A DNA stretch of 60,299 nucleotides from an uncultured virus (IMG/VR IMGVR_UViG_3300029305_001143) (Duplodnaviria; Heunggongvirae; Uroviricota; Caudoviricetes). Made by a program: the position numbers and the translations under genes. Position 1 is the first letter of the stretch. The number at the start of each line of letters is the position of its first letter. The notes under the pieces were generated by a model. The model saw only the letters and a program-made list of their open reading frames with translations. It did not search any database and was not told the DNA's origin. The stretch is taken from the IMG/VR virus record IMGVR_UViG_3300029305_001143, one strand, 5' to 3'. This document shows positions 37,373 through 45,602 of this stretch, piece by piece.

Positions 37373-37473
37373 ATATGTAGAGTAAGATTATCGTACTTAC
37401 TCTAGTCATGTAACAGCTCTACCTACTACATGACACGATGGGCTAAGACCATAGGATGGTTGAGCATCCTGCT

Positions 37474-37550
37474 TGGACCAGACGATAGGACTCGAACCTA
37501 CTACCTTGTGCTCCCTATATCGGCACACGCTCTCCCAGAGCTACATCTGG
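37474..37550 (-). tRNA. tRNA-like RNA with an 11-nt anticodon loop (Pro-like)
   Basis: CCAGATG/CGTCTGG-TCCA; TGTGC-CGATATAGGGA-GCACA; canonical T arm. Confidence 0.6.
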
Positions 37551-37552
37551 AT

Positions 37553-37635
37553 AGGTGAGAGATAGAGGAGTCGAACCTCTGCAGACTACCTTAGTTAAGT
37601 GGAATCGAACCACACGCACACCACTGCATCTCTCA
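37553..37635 (-). ncRNA. tRNA-like RNA with two T-loop arms
   Basis: GAGAGAT/ATCTCTC stem; GTGG-TTCGATT-CCAC and AGAGG-TTCGACT-CCTCT. Confidence 0.5.
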
Positions 37636-37740
37636 TATGTAGGGAGCTCTCCACATCTTACGATGCTCACCTCGTCACAGAGCTCCCATGAGGCGATACA
37701 CAGACGAAAGGACAAAGGCGAAAAGCAAGAAACACCTTTG

Positions 37741-37827
37741 TGGTGCCGAGGATCGGACTCGAACCGACATGGTATCACTACCGAGAGATTTTAAGTCTCT
37801 TGTGTCTACCCATTCCACCACCTCGGC
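37741..37827 (-). tRNA. tRNA-Leu(TAA)
   Basis: AGAGA-CTTAAAA-TCTCT, CCA. Confidence 0.93.
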
Positions 37828-37830
37828 ATA

Positions 37831-37905
37831 TGGAGCAAGTGATGGGAGTCGAACCCACGCTTACTGCTTGGAAGGCAGTCGTACTAGCCGTTATACTACA
37901 CCTGC
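37831..37905 (-). tRNA. tRNA-Gly(TCC)
   Basis: ACTGC-CTTCCAA-GCAGT, U73, CCA. Confidence 0.93.
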
Positions 37906-37907
37906 AT

Positions 37908-38385
37908 ATGCGGGACAGTTCTTACCTCGATCAACTAGTTGCTCGCAGAGGGAGCGATGTATGGATGGGAGTTGATCTTATCCTGGAGATTAAGGACTCT
38001 GAACTGACAAGGGATGCACAATACTACCGCACGCAGAGTCAGCATTTACTCTACTTGAACACTATCGTAGTCCCCGACGTCCTCATAGCGATCATCAGAT
38101 TAATCCTCGTGGTAGCTAATCACGATTGATCCTTAATCACTAAGAGGATCTGAGCGTTAGATGAGCCATGCGCATCGTCTGGAGGAATCTCTCCTGCCTT
38201 TGACACTCATCTGTCGGAATCGTACCGACCCACCACAATCCGTACAGTATCGACTAGTACCCTGCGCACCCTAGCTCGTACTCGGCATCGGGAAGTACTA
38301 TCGCCCTCGGTGAATTATGAATCGAACCTCGCTGATTGTCACTTTGATACCGAGCTCGTCAGCTCTCGGGAGTTGACATCTCCCC
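37908..38385 (-). ncRNA. Candidate large structured ncRNA (~480 nt) between tRNA-Asn and tRNA-Gly
   Basis: No minus-strand ORF in the track, visibly GC-richer than coding regions, many local and long-range complementary segments. Confidence 0.55.
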
Positions 38386-38461
38386 TGGCTCCTGATGTAG
38401 GACTCGAACCTACGACCGATCGGTTAACAGCCGATTGCTCTACCTACTGAGCTAATCAGGA
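38386..38461 (-). tRNA. tRNA-Asn(GTT)
   Basis: ATCGG-CTGTTAA-CCGAT, CCA. Confidence 0.94.
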
Positions 38462-38518
38462 ATATCGACTCAGCTTGACGGACTGAGCATGAAGACTAAG
38501 TCTACCGTCATGAGAGGA

Positions 38519-38595
38519 TGGTGGATCCTGTCGGGATTGAACCGACGACCTGGAGATTATGAGTCAACTGCTCTGACCAACTGAGCTAAGGATCC
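38519..38595 (-). tRNA. tRNA(CAT), probably Ile2 (or elongator Met)
   Basis: Loop CTCATAA, CCA; the anticodon stem GTTGA/TCTCC has two mismatches. Confidence 0.75.
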
Positions 38596-38598
38596 ATG

Positions 38599-38675
38599 TG
38601 GCACTCCATACAAGACTCGAACTTGTGACCTACCGCTTAGAAGGCGGTTGCTCTATCCAACTGAGCTAATGGAGC
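38599..38675 (-). tRNA. tRNA-Arg(TCT)
   Basis: ACCGC-CTTCTAA-GCGGT, CCA. Confidence 0.94.
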
Positions 38676-38683
38676 ATGTGAGA

Positions 38684-38845
38684 TTATCTATTATCTACTA
38701 ACTCTTCCGCTACTCCAAGGAGCTCAGCCATGAGGAATCCAGCAGCGAGATAATGTACATCCTTCTGCCAGAGACATACGATACATGCTACGATACGGAA
38801 TGCAGACTTGATAGCAGAAAGAACAAGATGACCCATACTATTCAT
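38684..38845 (-). CDS. Small membrane protein (53 aa)
   Basis: MNSMGHLVLSAIKSAFRIVACIV...LMAELLGVAEELVDNR; GAGGTG RBS; below the track cutoff. Confidence 0.65.
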   Translation of the reverse strand: MNSMGHLVLSAIKSAFRIVACIVCLWQKDVHYLAAGFLMAELLGVAEELVDNR

Positions 38846-38859
38846 AGCAACACCTCATA

Positions 38860-39060
38860 TCAATGATACTCAGTAGCTACTAGCTTAGCCTGCTCGTAGA
38901 GACTGTTCAACTTAGACATAGCAATCCCCACTTTCTTAATAGCTAGATCAAGAAACTGACTACTAGCGAGCTGCTCATCCTGACGTGCGAGTGCAAGATC
39001 AATCTTAGCTTCATTGATCTGCTGCAGGATTTCATCATACTTAGAGTTAACTTTCTTCAT
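38860..39060 (-). CDS. YaaL/DUF2508-like helical protein
   Basis: I.EAK.....A......S...LD.AI........L.EQAK pattern. Confidence 0.5.
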   Translation of the reverse strand: MKKVNSKYDEILQQINEAKIDLALARQDEQLASSQFLDLAIKKVGIAMSKLNSLYEQAKLVATEYH

Positions 39061-39093
39061 GATCTTTCATATCCTTCCCTTGCTCTCACATTA

Positions 39094-39124
39094 ATAAGTA
39101 ACGTGCAGAGGATTAATGATAGGC
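39094..39124 (-). promoter_or_regulatory. Class II promoter (tRNA operon)
   Basis: GCCTA-N16-CGTTACTTAT. Confidence 0.7.
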
Positions 39125-39146
39125 GACTTTTTCTTAAGAGGAGTCC

Positions 39147-39184
39147 CTCACATAGATATAATTCGTGATAAGAAGTATGATCCC
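39147..39184 (-). promoter_or_regulatory. Class I promoter (tRNA operon)
   Basis: AGGGAT-N14-CGAATTATATCTATGTGAG. Confidence 0.75.
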
Positions 39185-39188
39185 TTCC

Positions 39189-39977
39189 TTATACTCCGAA
39201 AATTTCTCTAATTTCATCTCCGTGCATCTTGACAATATCGATAACTGATCTCAAGATTCTACCTATCTGAGGTTGGGATTTACCATACTTCCTAGACAGA
39301 TCCAGTTGAGTAATATTCTCTCCTGCTAAGACTGAATACATCCATTCTTCTGCGATATCCCTATGGATAGGTTTGATATAGAGGAGGACTTTATCGATAG
39401 CTTGCTCAATCTCATCTTCATCCAGATGAGTATCAGGAGGTATGATAGATCTGTCAGGGATCATATCTCCTAAAGTGGTATCACTATCATCGCTCATTAG
39501 TCTATCCAGTGAATGAATCTCAGGCTCTGCGTAATCCATGATCTGAGCTCGAGAGAATTTACCTTCACTAACTAGCACATCAATCTCTTCATCAGATAGA
39601 GGGAGAGTGAATCCGTGACTAATCAAGGTGGATCTCATATCTTTGAACCATCTAGGAGTATGCAGAGCTTCACAGTCACGGAGACCTCTTAATATCTGAC
39701 CTTGTATCATAGGTACTGCATAGGTAGAGAATTCGAACCCTCTATCCTCATCGAAGCTCAGGCAGGATTTCCACAATCCTTCATAAGCCATTTGAAGAAT
39801 GTCTTCTTGATCGATTACTCCATCCCGTGATCCTACGAACTTACGAGCAATATGATTAGCTAGTCTGATATTATTACGAAATCTGATAGTAGCTTTTACT
39901 CTTGGGTCATCTTCATCATAAGACCTTGCACATAGTTCTTCATAGAGTAGTACCTGGTCTTCTTTGATATATTCCAT
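39189..39977 (-). CDS. SigB/SigF/SigG-type sigma factor
   Basis: NIRLANHIARKF, EDILQMAYEGLWK...FDEDRGFEFSTYAVPMIQGQILR.LRD, PR, SLD...TLGD.I, TQ.DLS...G.SQPQIGRI. Confidence 0.9.
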   Translation of the reverse strand: MEYIKEDQVLLYEELCARSYDEDDPRVKATIRFRNNIRLANHIARKFVGSRDGVIDQEDILQMAYEGLWKSCLSFDEDRGFEFSTYAVPMIQGQILRGLRDCEALHTPRWFKDMRSTLISHGFTLPLSDEEIDVLVSEGKFSRAQIMDYAEPEIHSLDRLMSDDSDTTLGDMIPDRSIIPPDTHLDEDEIEQAIDKVLLYIKPIHRDIAEEWMYSVLAGENITQLDLSRKYGKSQPQIGRILRSVIDIVKMHGDEIREIFGV

Positions 39978-40795
39978 TTATCCATCACCTGTTTCATAGG
40001 CAAGTTATCAGCATCCTGGAGGAATTCCTGACACTTATCTTGAGTCCATCTGATACGAGGAGTCTTAGCAGTGGCAGCATCCTCCTTAGTATCAGCAGGT
40101 ACATCCCAGACTCTCTTCTCTACCTTAGGAGTATCTTCTTCATCATACTCAGGACGGATATAGTAAGGTTTGATGATGGATGTTGTAGACTCATGCACTG
40201 CATAGTTATTATCTCCAGACTCTAAAGAGACCTCCATACGAGTAGTACTAAAACTCTTATCGAAGTCCTCCACTCTAGTAGCATCTGATGCGAGCATCTT
40301 AAGCTTCTCAGCGAAGTTCAGCACATCATCGTCAGTAAACTTAGGCTCCTCAGCTTTTGCTTGCATATGACCTACACTCTTAATAATAGCTTCCATGGAC
40401 TCATAGAGTTTGTTGAGAGTGATAGGAGAGTAATGCATTCCTAAGTGAATAGAAAGAGCAACATCAACTCTCTCCATGATATCATCAGAGAGCACTCCCA
40501 TGAACTCAAGGATATAAGCTCCAGAACTATAATCGAATGTGCGAATATTCTCACAGAGGATGACATTCTTAGTACCTCTATCATTCGTGAACACCACTTG
40601 AGCAGGAGTGCGGATATAGTCTCTAGTAGTGATAGGAGCAGCAGTGATCATACCAGAAGACTTATTGAACTTACCTACAGACAAGATTAGCCAAGGTCTA
40701 TCCTTCTGCTGCTCATGTCCTACGCACTCATTAGGATATTTGAATCTGATCATCCAGATTTGACCTCGTTCGAACTTCACGATATCATAAGACAT
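39896..40795 (-). CDS. PemK/MazF-family RNase domain with a long C-terminal extension (HTH-like end)
   Basis: ERGQIW......VGHEQQKDRPWLILS...N...ITAAPITT, ILCENIRT.D, VDVAL..HLG. Confidence 0.85.
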   Translation of the reverse strand: MSYDIVKFERGQIWMIRFKYPNECVGHEQQKDRPWLILSVGKFNKSSGMITAAPITTRDYIRTPAQVVFTNDRGTKNVILCENIRTFDYSSGAYILEFMGVLSDDIMERVDVALSIHLGMHYSPITLNKLYESMEAIIKSVGHMQAKAEEPKFTDDDVLNFAEKLKMLASDATRVEDFDKSFSTTRMEVSLESGDNNYAVHESTTSIIKPYYIRPEYDEEDTPKVEKRVWDVPADTKEDAATAKTPRIRWTQDKCQEFLQDADNLPMKQVMDKWNISKKTRYYSMKNYVQGLMMKMTQE

Positions 40796-40831
40796 AGAAA
40801 TATCTCCCATCTTCAGTTAATTTTCATATAC

Positions 40832-41224
40832 TTAGTATCCTCTATTCCTGGCAGCTCTCACCAGATCATCCCACTGATTAGGAGTATAGTGAGGACGGAC
40901 ATTGTAGATGTCTTTGAATACATCACTATATGCATCGTAGTCATCGTGGAAGGCACAGAGATCAAGATAGAGAGTATCAAGGATATGCTCCCAGCTACCA
41001 GCAGAAGTCTTCAGGAGATCGTAGTAATAGTTACCGAACGCATTATGTACGAAGACTTCCAGACAAGGACGAGTATCTCCAACCTTAGTAGCTACGATGC
41101 GATTGCGATCAGATACTCGCTCCTGGCTAGTACCTCCCTTGATATCACGGAAGTAACTCTGGAACTCCACAGAGTATTCCTCATTCTTCAGAGTCTTCCT
41201 TACCTTCCACGTACCAGTACTCAT
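40832..41224 (-). CDS. Hypothetical early protein
   Basis: 130 aa, first gene after a class I promoter. Confidence 0.75.
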   Translation of the reverse strand: MSTGTWKVRKTLKNEEYSVEFQSYFRDIKGGTSQERVSDRNRIVATKVGDTRPCLEVFVHNAFGNYYYDLLKTSAGSWEHILDTLYLDLCAFHDDYDAYSDVFKDIYNVRPHYTPNQWDDLVRAARNRGY

Positions 41225-41319
41225 AATATGTACTCCTTCAAGTTAAATTTCATCGGCAAGAGTTGAGGAGGTCTGCACTCACACTCCGTAGGAGATCTTC
41301 TCGCATATCTTCCTCAACC

Positions 41320-41357
41320 CTTACATTATTATAATTCGTGATATAATCTTAAATCCC
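41320..41357 (-). promoter_or_regulatory. Class I promoter (would drive the MazF-like and SigF/G-like genes)
   Basis: AGGGAT-N14-CGAATTATAATAATGTAAG. Confidence 0.8.
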
Positions 41358-41930
41358 TTCCTGTAGTGCAGGAATTTTACGGTAGTCAGCTACTATGTAT
41401 TTCTGGTATGCATCTGGACGATTCAGTATATACTCTCTAGTCATCTTAGCTAAGTGGTATGCGTCCGCTATATCATTCACAGAGTGCTCAGATATATCTC
41501 TACGTATGGACTTGATATGGTTACCATTCACTGCAGCTATCATGTCTTCCTTAGTAGCTTTTCCATTACCAGTAGCGAATGTCTTTATATCTTGAGCAGG
41601 TATGCTGAGTACTAGTGGAGGGTTAGCTAACTGCACTATACTCTGATAGATAGCTAGTTTCCATACTCCAACATTCTCTGCTAGAGATATCAGACTACCT
41701 GCACTATAGGAGAATCTCATCTGTTGATTCTGTGCTTCGAATGCTATGTAGCTAATATCCCTGTAGGTAGAGAGTATATTTAAGTACCTGTGATAGTTAT
41801 AGTTCAGTCTCTCCATACCTTCTCTATCAGAGGACACACTCTCATAATGAACTGGAGTACCTTTGTCTAAATTCATGACTACTATACCGCTGGAGTTCAG
41901 TGACAAGTCTCCTGCTAATATCAGGCTCAT
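41349..41930 (-). CDS. ruvC: RuvC-like Holliday junction resolvase
   Basis: GDLSLNSSG, IAFE, K.FATGNGKATKEDM, DIADAY. Confidence 0.88.
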   Translation of the reverse strand: MSLILAGDLSLNSSGIVVMNLDKGTPVHYESVSSDREGMERLNYNYHRYLNILSTYRDISYIAFEAQNQQMRFSYSAGSLISLAENVGVWKLAIYQSIVQLANPPLVLSIPAQDIKTFATGNGKATKEDMIAAVNGNHIKSIRRDISEHSVNDIADAYHLAKMTREYILNRPDAYQKYIVADYRKIPALQEGI

Positions 41931-42139
41931 GAATTCTCCTCCTTCTGGAGGATACTCAGGACTTCTTCATAATTCACATGAGTAGTCCTTCTATTATCTC
42001 CAGGAGCTTTGAACTCAGCTATACGTAACTTACCCTTGGAGATTAGTCTCCGGACATCTTCCTCACTGATATTGAATCTATCAGGGAAGTCAGTGACTGG
42101 TATATACTTCTCTCTTAGGATCTCCAGAGGTAACTTCAT
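41927..42139 (-). CDS. Excisionase-like HTH protein
   Basis: ISEEDVRRLISKGKL. Confidence 0.6.
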   Translation of the reverse strand: MKLPLEILREKYIPVTDFPDRFNISEEDVRRLISKGKLRIAEFKAPGDNRRTTHVNYEEVLSILQKEENS

Positions 42140-42450
42140 AGGATATCCTCTCCTAGTTGATCGTAATACTCCTCTATCTTTCTATACAGTATATCCTCCA
42201 TAGTCAGCTTCAGCTTGTACTTTCTGCTACTCTTGTAAGACACACCTCTCAAGACATGCACTCGGTCCAGCAACTTAACTACTTCTATGATCATACCATT
42301 ACTTAACTCAACATGTCCTGTGTCAAGGAGTACGTCCAATATGATTTCATTGTATGAATTCAGTATTCCTTCCACATATTCTCTCTTGAGTCCTAGACTC
42401 TTGATCTTAGGACTACTCATCAGAGAATCAAGGATCTTATCATTCTTCAT
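42136..42450 (-). CDS. HU/IHF-like DNA-binding protein (divergent)
   Basis: GL.RE.V..IL......I...L...G.VEL.N. Confidence 0.5.
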   Translation of the reverse strand: MKNDKILDSLMSSPKIKSLGLKREYVEGILNSYNEIILDVLLDTGHVELSNGMIIEVVKLLDRVHVLRGVSYKSSRKYKLKLTMEDILYRKIEEYYDQLGEDIL

Positions 42451-43132
42451 CCTCTACCTCCTCATCTAGTACATCAATGACTTCTCCTTCCTCAGAAGCT
42501 ACCTGATGTAATAGAGCATCGAATGCATCTCTTATCTTATCTCTGGAAGCTCCAGACAACTTCAGTATCTCTTCTGCTTTCATGTCTGTAGCAGGAGAAG
42601 AACCTGTACTGATATTAACAGATCTAGCATCTATCCACATCTGAAGATCAGCTAACTTAGTATCAGGATTGACTAACTTCATGATGAATGTCAAGTCATT
42701 GTTCATGGAATGATTCAGTTCTGAGAGGAGTCGAATAGCTTGTGAGGGAGCCATAGCTTGTAGAGTTTCTCTTTCTCCTAAACGATCTAGTACTGTATCC
42801 ACGATATCTACCATCTTGATGATAGATTTGATCTTCCTACGTGCGATGCCTACGATCAGTACTTTATATCTATTCTCGTAATCAGACAGTATCCTATCTA
42901 CTGCAGTATTGATACTATTCTCTAGTAGTAACTGTCCTTCTGTGTCTTCATCCATGTACTGGATTAGTAATGATAAATCATCTGCATCCTTAGTCCCTGC
43001 TTCTAAGAAAGAAGAACAATCTTTGACAGCTTCTCTTCCATACTCTCCAGGGAGCTGTTCATGTACTCTGCAGAGCAGTTCTCCTTTATCAAAGTTCACA
43101 CATATATTACATTGACTAGGTATCTTAGACAT
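42440..43132 (-). CDS. Hypothetical protein with N-terminal Cys motif
   Basis: 230 aa, CNIC...C...C. Confidence 0.75.
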   Translation of the reverse strand: MSKIPSQCNICVNFDKGELLCRVHEQLPGEYGREAVKDCSSFLEAGTKDADDLSLLIQYMDEDTEGQLLLENSINTAVDRILSDYENRYKVLIVGIARRKIKSIIKMVDIVDTVLDRLGERETLQAMAPSQAIRLLSELNHSMNNDLTFIMKLVNPDTKLADLQMWIDARSVNISTGSSPATDMKAEEILKLSGASRDKIRDAFDALLHQVASEEGEVIDVLDEEVEDEE

Positions 43133-43144
43133 AATCTCACCTTC

Positions 43145-44149
43145 TTAAGATTCATACTTGATAGCTTTATTGTAAATACGAGCTAATGCTCTGTACGGTA
43201 GATGATACTCGTCTGCTACAGTATAGAGATTAGACTTATCTCCATTAGCTAGAGATACTACTACTCCTCCTAGCAAGTCATCGCAGAATTCTTTGTAGTC
43301 AGGAACCACTACTGTCCTACCACTGAAAGTTCTTACAAACTTCTTAGCTATATCTGCTCCGAACTCTGCATATATCTCAGGGATGATACTATCATAATAA
43401 TGTACTGAAAGCATCTTATATGTGATATCTTCGAACCTACTGATAGTACCAGATAGTCGGTCTATCATCTTCTGCTTACCTCCTAGCTGAGCGTATTGAT
43501 AATTGTAGGATAACTTATAGACATAATCTACGTGCTCACAGTAAAAATTAAAAAGAGTATTAGAGATGCCTAAGACTCTAACTCTAGATCTTAGGCTCTC
43601 TAATCCCTTCTTGTCTACATATTTGCACTTCAGTATATTCAGCAGCAAGTTAGTATTTACTGCTCGACACTTCAATATCCTATTCGCAGTATCAACGATA
43701 TTCTTACGAACAGCTTCTCTCATCATATGTAGCTCTATGGCATCATATGCACTGAGAACTTCGTCTGTTGCTTGTAATCCTTCCATATCAATATCTTCTT
43801 TAGCGTAATAGTTGTGATAGCCGTGTACCAAACCTATCATGCCATTACGAAGAATAGTACTATAATATTCATAGTAGGACTCAATCCTGATATACTTATC
43901 CCACCTCAGAGTCATATCCTGATACAATCTTAGGATAGCATCTGAGATTAAGTCTTCCTTAGCATACTCTCTATCGTCCAGGTGACGGATATACTTATAA
44001 TATACGATACTAGCTAGAGGTAGTATAGCTACTATGAGATCATCTACTCTATCCAGATGACCTTCTACGAATACTACCTTGCTTAGACGTACTATCTCCT
44101 CTGGGTCACACTGCCTGTTGAGACAGTCGTGATAAGGTGTATGGTCCAT
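43145..44149 (-). CDS. Putative transcription factor: sigma region 2-like N-terminus plus Mor-like C-terminus
   Basis: LPLA.IV..KY.....EDLISDAIL.L....Y..ILRNGM; FGADIAKKFVRTFSGRTVVVP...NL..VADEY.L..RAL.RI. Confidence 0.5.
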   Translation of the reverse strand: MDHTPYHDCLNRQCDPEEIVRLSKVVFVEGHLDRVDDLIVAILPLASIVYYKYIRHLDDREYAKEDLISDAILRLYQDMTLRWDKYIRIESYYEYYSTILRNGMIGLVHGYHNYYAKEDIDMEGLQATDEVLSAYDAIELHMMREAVRKNIVDTANRILKCRAVNTNLLLNILKCKYVDKKGLESLRSRVRVLGISNTLFNFYCEHVDYVYKLSYNYQYAQLGGKQKMIDRLSGTISRFEDITYKMLSVHYYDSIIPEIYAEFGADIAKKFVRTFSGRTVVVPDYKEFCDDLLGGVVVSLANGDKSNLYTVADEYHLPYRALARIYNKAIKYES

Positions 44150-44166
44150 CCAAGATAGATACCTCC

Positions 44167-45216
44167 TTAGTCAGTGGCTATCTCAGTAGCTATACGGCTA
44201 GTACTCAGATACTCTCCAAGAAGTTCTCTGATAGCTGCGTACTCTACAGCAGGAGCACACAACTCATTCAGGATAGTTATAGTCATACGGATCAACTCAT
44301 CGATAGAAGTTCCCTCTACTGCAGTACATCTCCAGATATAAGAGGACTTCTGCTCGTCGATCTTAATATACTTCCTCTCGAAATTCTCATACTTACTAAC
44401 TAGCTTCTCAAGACAGCTATTATCTTCAATCACAGTAGGGATACGACGCATAGTCTTCAGTACATTGTTATACTCTTCGTAGGTAGACAGTACATACTTG
44501 TTCGCTCTGTAACGATAATGGAAATCATAGATCTTGTTATACATCTCATTCTCTCTGAGATCTTCAATGATCTTTAAGACCAGAACTTCCAGAGCTTCCG
44601 CAGCATCACTAGTGGACCTCTTGAATCTAGAACTAGTAGCGCTATAGTAGGACGCAGGTAGATAAAGAGGTTGATTGTCAATATAGAGTACTAGTCTACT
44701 ATAAGTAGTACTCAACTCATCATTCACGACTAGGATACCGATATTGTACTCAAAAGACTTAGAAGGCTTCCCTTCATACTTTTCTTCAATGATAATAGGA
44801 GCTACCTTCTTAATGATGACTGATGCTGTAGTATCTTCTGGATGATAGTTCTTCTCTGCTACCTGCACTTCGCTACTAGCCTCTACTATACTAGAGACTC
44901 TCTTCAGAAAATCACTATTTAATAGAGGAGTTCGAGGAGACTCTAAGGAATATCCTAGTACAGAGTCCTTACCTAAGAGGAGAGTGATCTCCTTATGATT
45001 AGACTGCTGGCTCATAGAAGCTACTAGACTATCTGCAGCAGAAGGAGCTATATTCAACATAGTGAGGTAAAGATCATAAGAGAATCCTAAATCTTTAGAG
45101 AGCTTACGCAGAATATCAGTAGATACCGCATACTTCTCTTGATAATACCCTCTGAAGATGCTAGCATCGGATACTAGATCATAGACAGCATAAGACTTGT
45201 TCGTAGAGGTATCCAT
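44167..45216 (-). CDS. Hypothetical protein
   Basis: 349-aa ORF in an operon. Confidence 0.8.
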   Translation of the reverse strand: MDTSTNKSYAVYDLVSDASIFRGYYQEKYAVSTDILRKLSKDLGFSYDLYLTMLNIAPSAADSLVASMSQQSNHKEITLLLGKDSVLGYSLESPRTPLLNSDFLKRVSSIVEASSEVQVAEKNYHPEDTTASVIIKKVAPIIIEEKYEGKPSKSFEYNIGILVVNDELSTTYSRLVLYIDNQPLYLPASYYSATSSRFKRSTSDAAEALEVLVLKIIEDLRENEMYNKIYDFHYRYRANKYVLSTYEEYNNVLKTMRRIPTVIEDNSCLEKLVSKYENFERKYIKIDEQKSSYIWRCTAVEGTSIDELIRMTITILNELCAPAVEYAAIRELLGEYLSTSRIATEIATD

Positions 45217-45221
45217 ACTAT

Positions 45222-45602
45222 TTACTCCTTCTCAATCTTCACTTCAATAGTATCAACTTTAGCAGAGACATTAGGATGCGTCTCTGCTACTTCATCCTCA
45301 TTGTGCTTACCGATCATACCATTAACCTTCTCAGCTTGTGCGATATAAAGCTCTCTGAATCTCTCCTCAGAGATCAAGCCTGACTCGAACAACATACTCT
45401 TCAAGACTTCGATCTGGATAGACTGAGCCATCTGCACAGGAGCGACTCTGCGGTGGTAATCTTCTAAGACATCCTCTGATGTAGCTCTAGAGATCTGTAC
45501 TGCTTCTGCTAGAGTACAAGGACTCTGGAATTGCTGCAGTCTGTCTACTGTCTCCTTAGAAGCTCCCTGCTTCATATAAGATCTTCTCTCTTCTCTGTTC
45601 AT
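45222..45602 (-). CDS. Hypothetical protein
   Basis: 126 aa, MNREERR start. Confidence 0.75.
   Translation of the reverse strand: MNREERRSYMKQGASKETVDRLQQFQSPCTLAEAVQISRATSEDVLEDYHRRVAPVQMAQSIQIEVLKSMLFESGLISEERFRELYIAQAEKVNGMIGKHNEDEVAETHPNVSAKVDTIEVKIEKE

Noticed and set aside
35960..38129. Track ORFs 35960..36208, 37515..37778, 37555..37794, 37688..37975 and 37740..38129
   Set aside because: They overlap tRNA genes or structured RNA and lack RBS or coding character.
37908..38385. tmRNA, RNase P RNA or hammerhead ribozyme
   Set aside because: There is no 3' T arm with CCA pairing to the 5' end, no GAGGAAAGUCC-type P4 motif, and CTGATGA is not followed by a stem and GAAA.
39896..40795. 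Avoidance of the UACAU MazF site in phage mRNA
   Set aside because: ATGTA occurs repeatedly on the plus strand within genes, so no depletion is evident by eye; a proper count was not possible.
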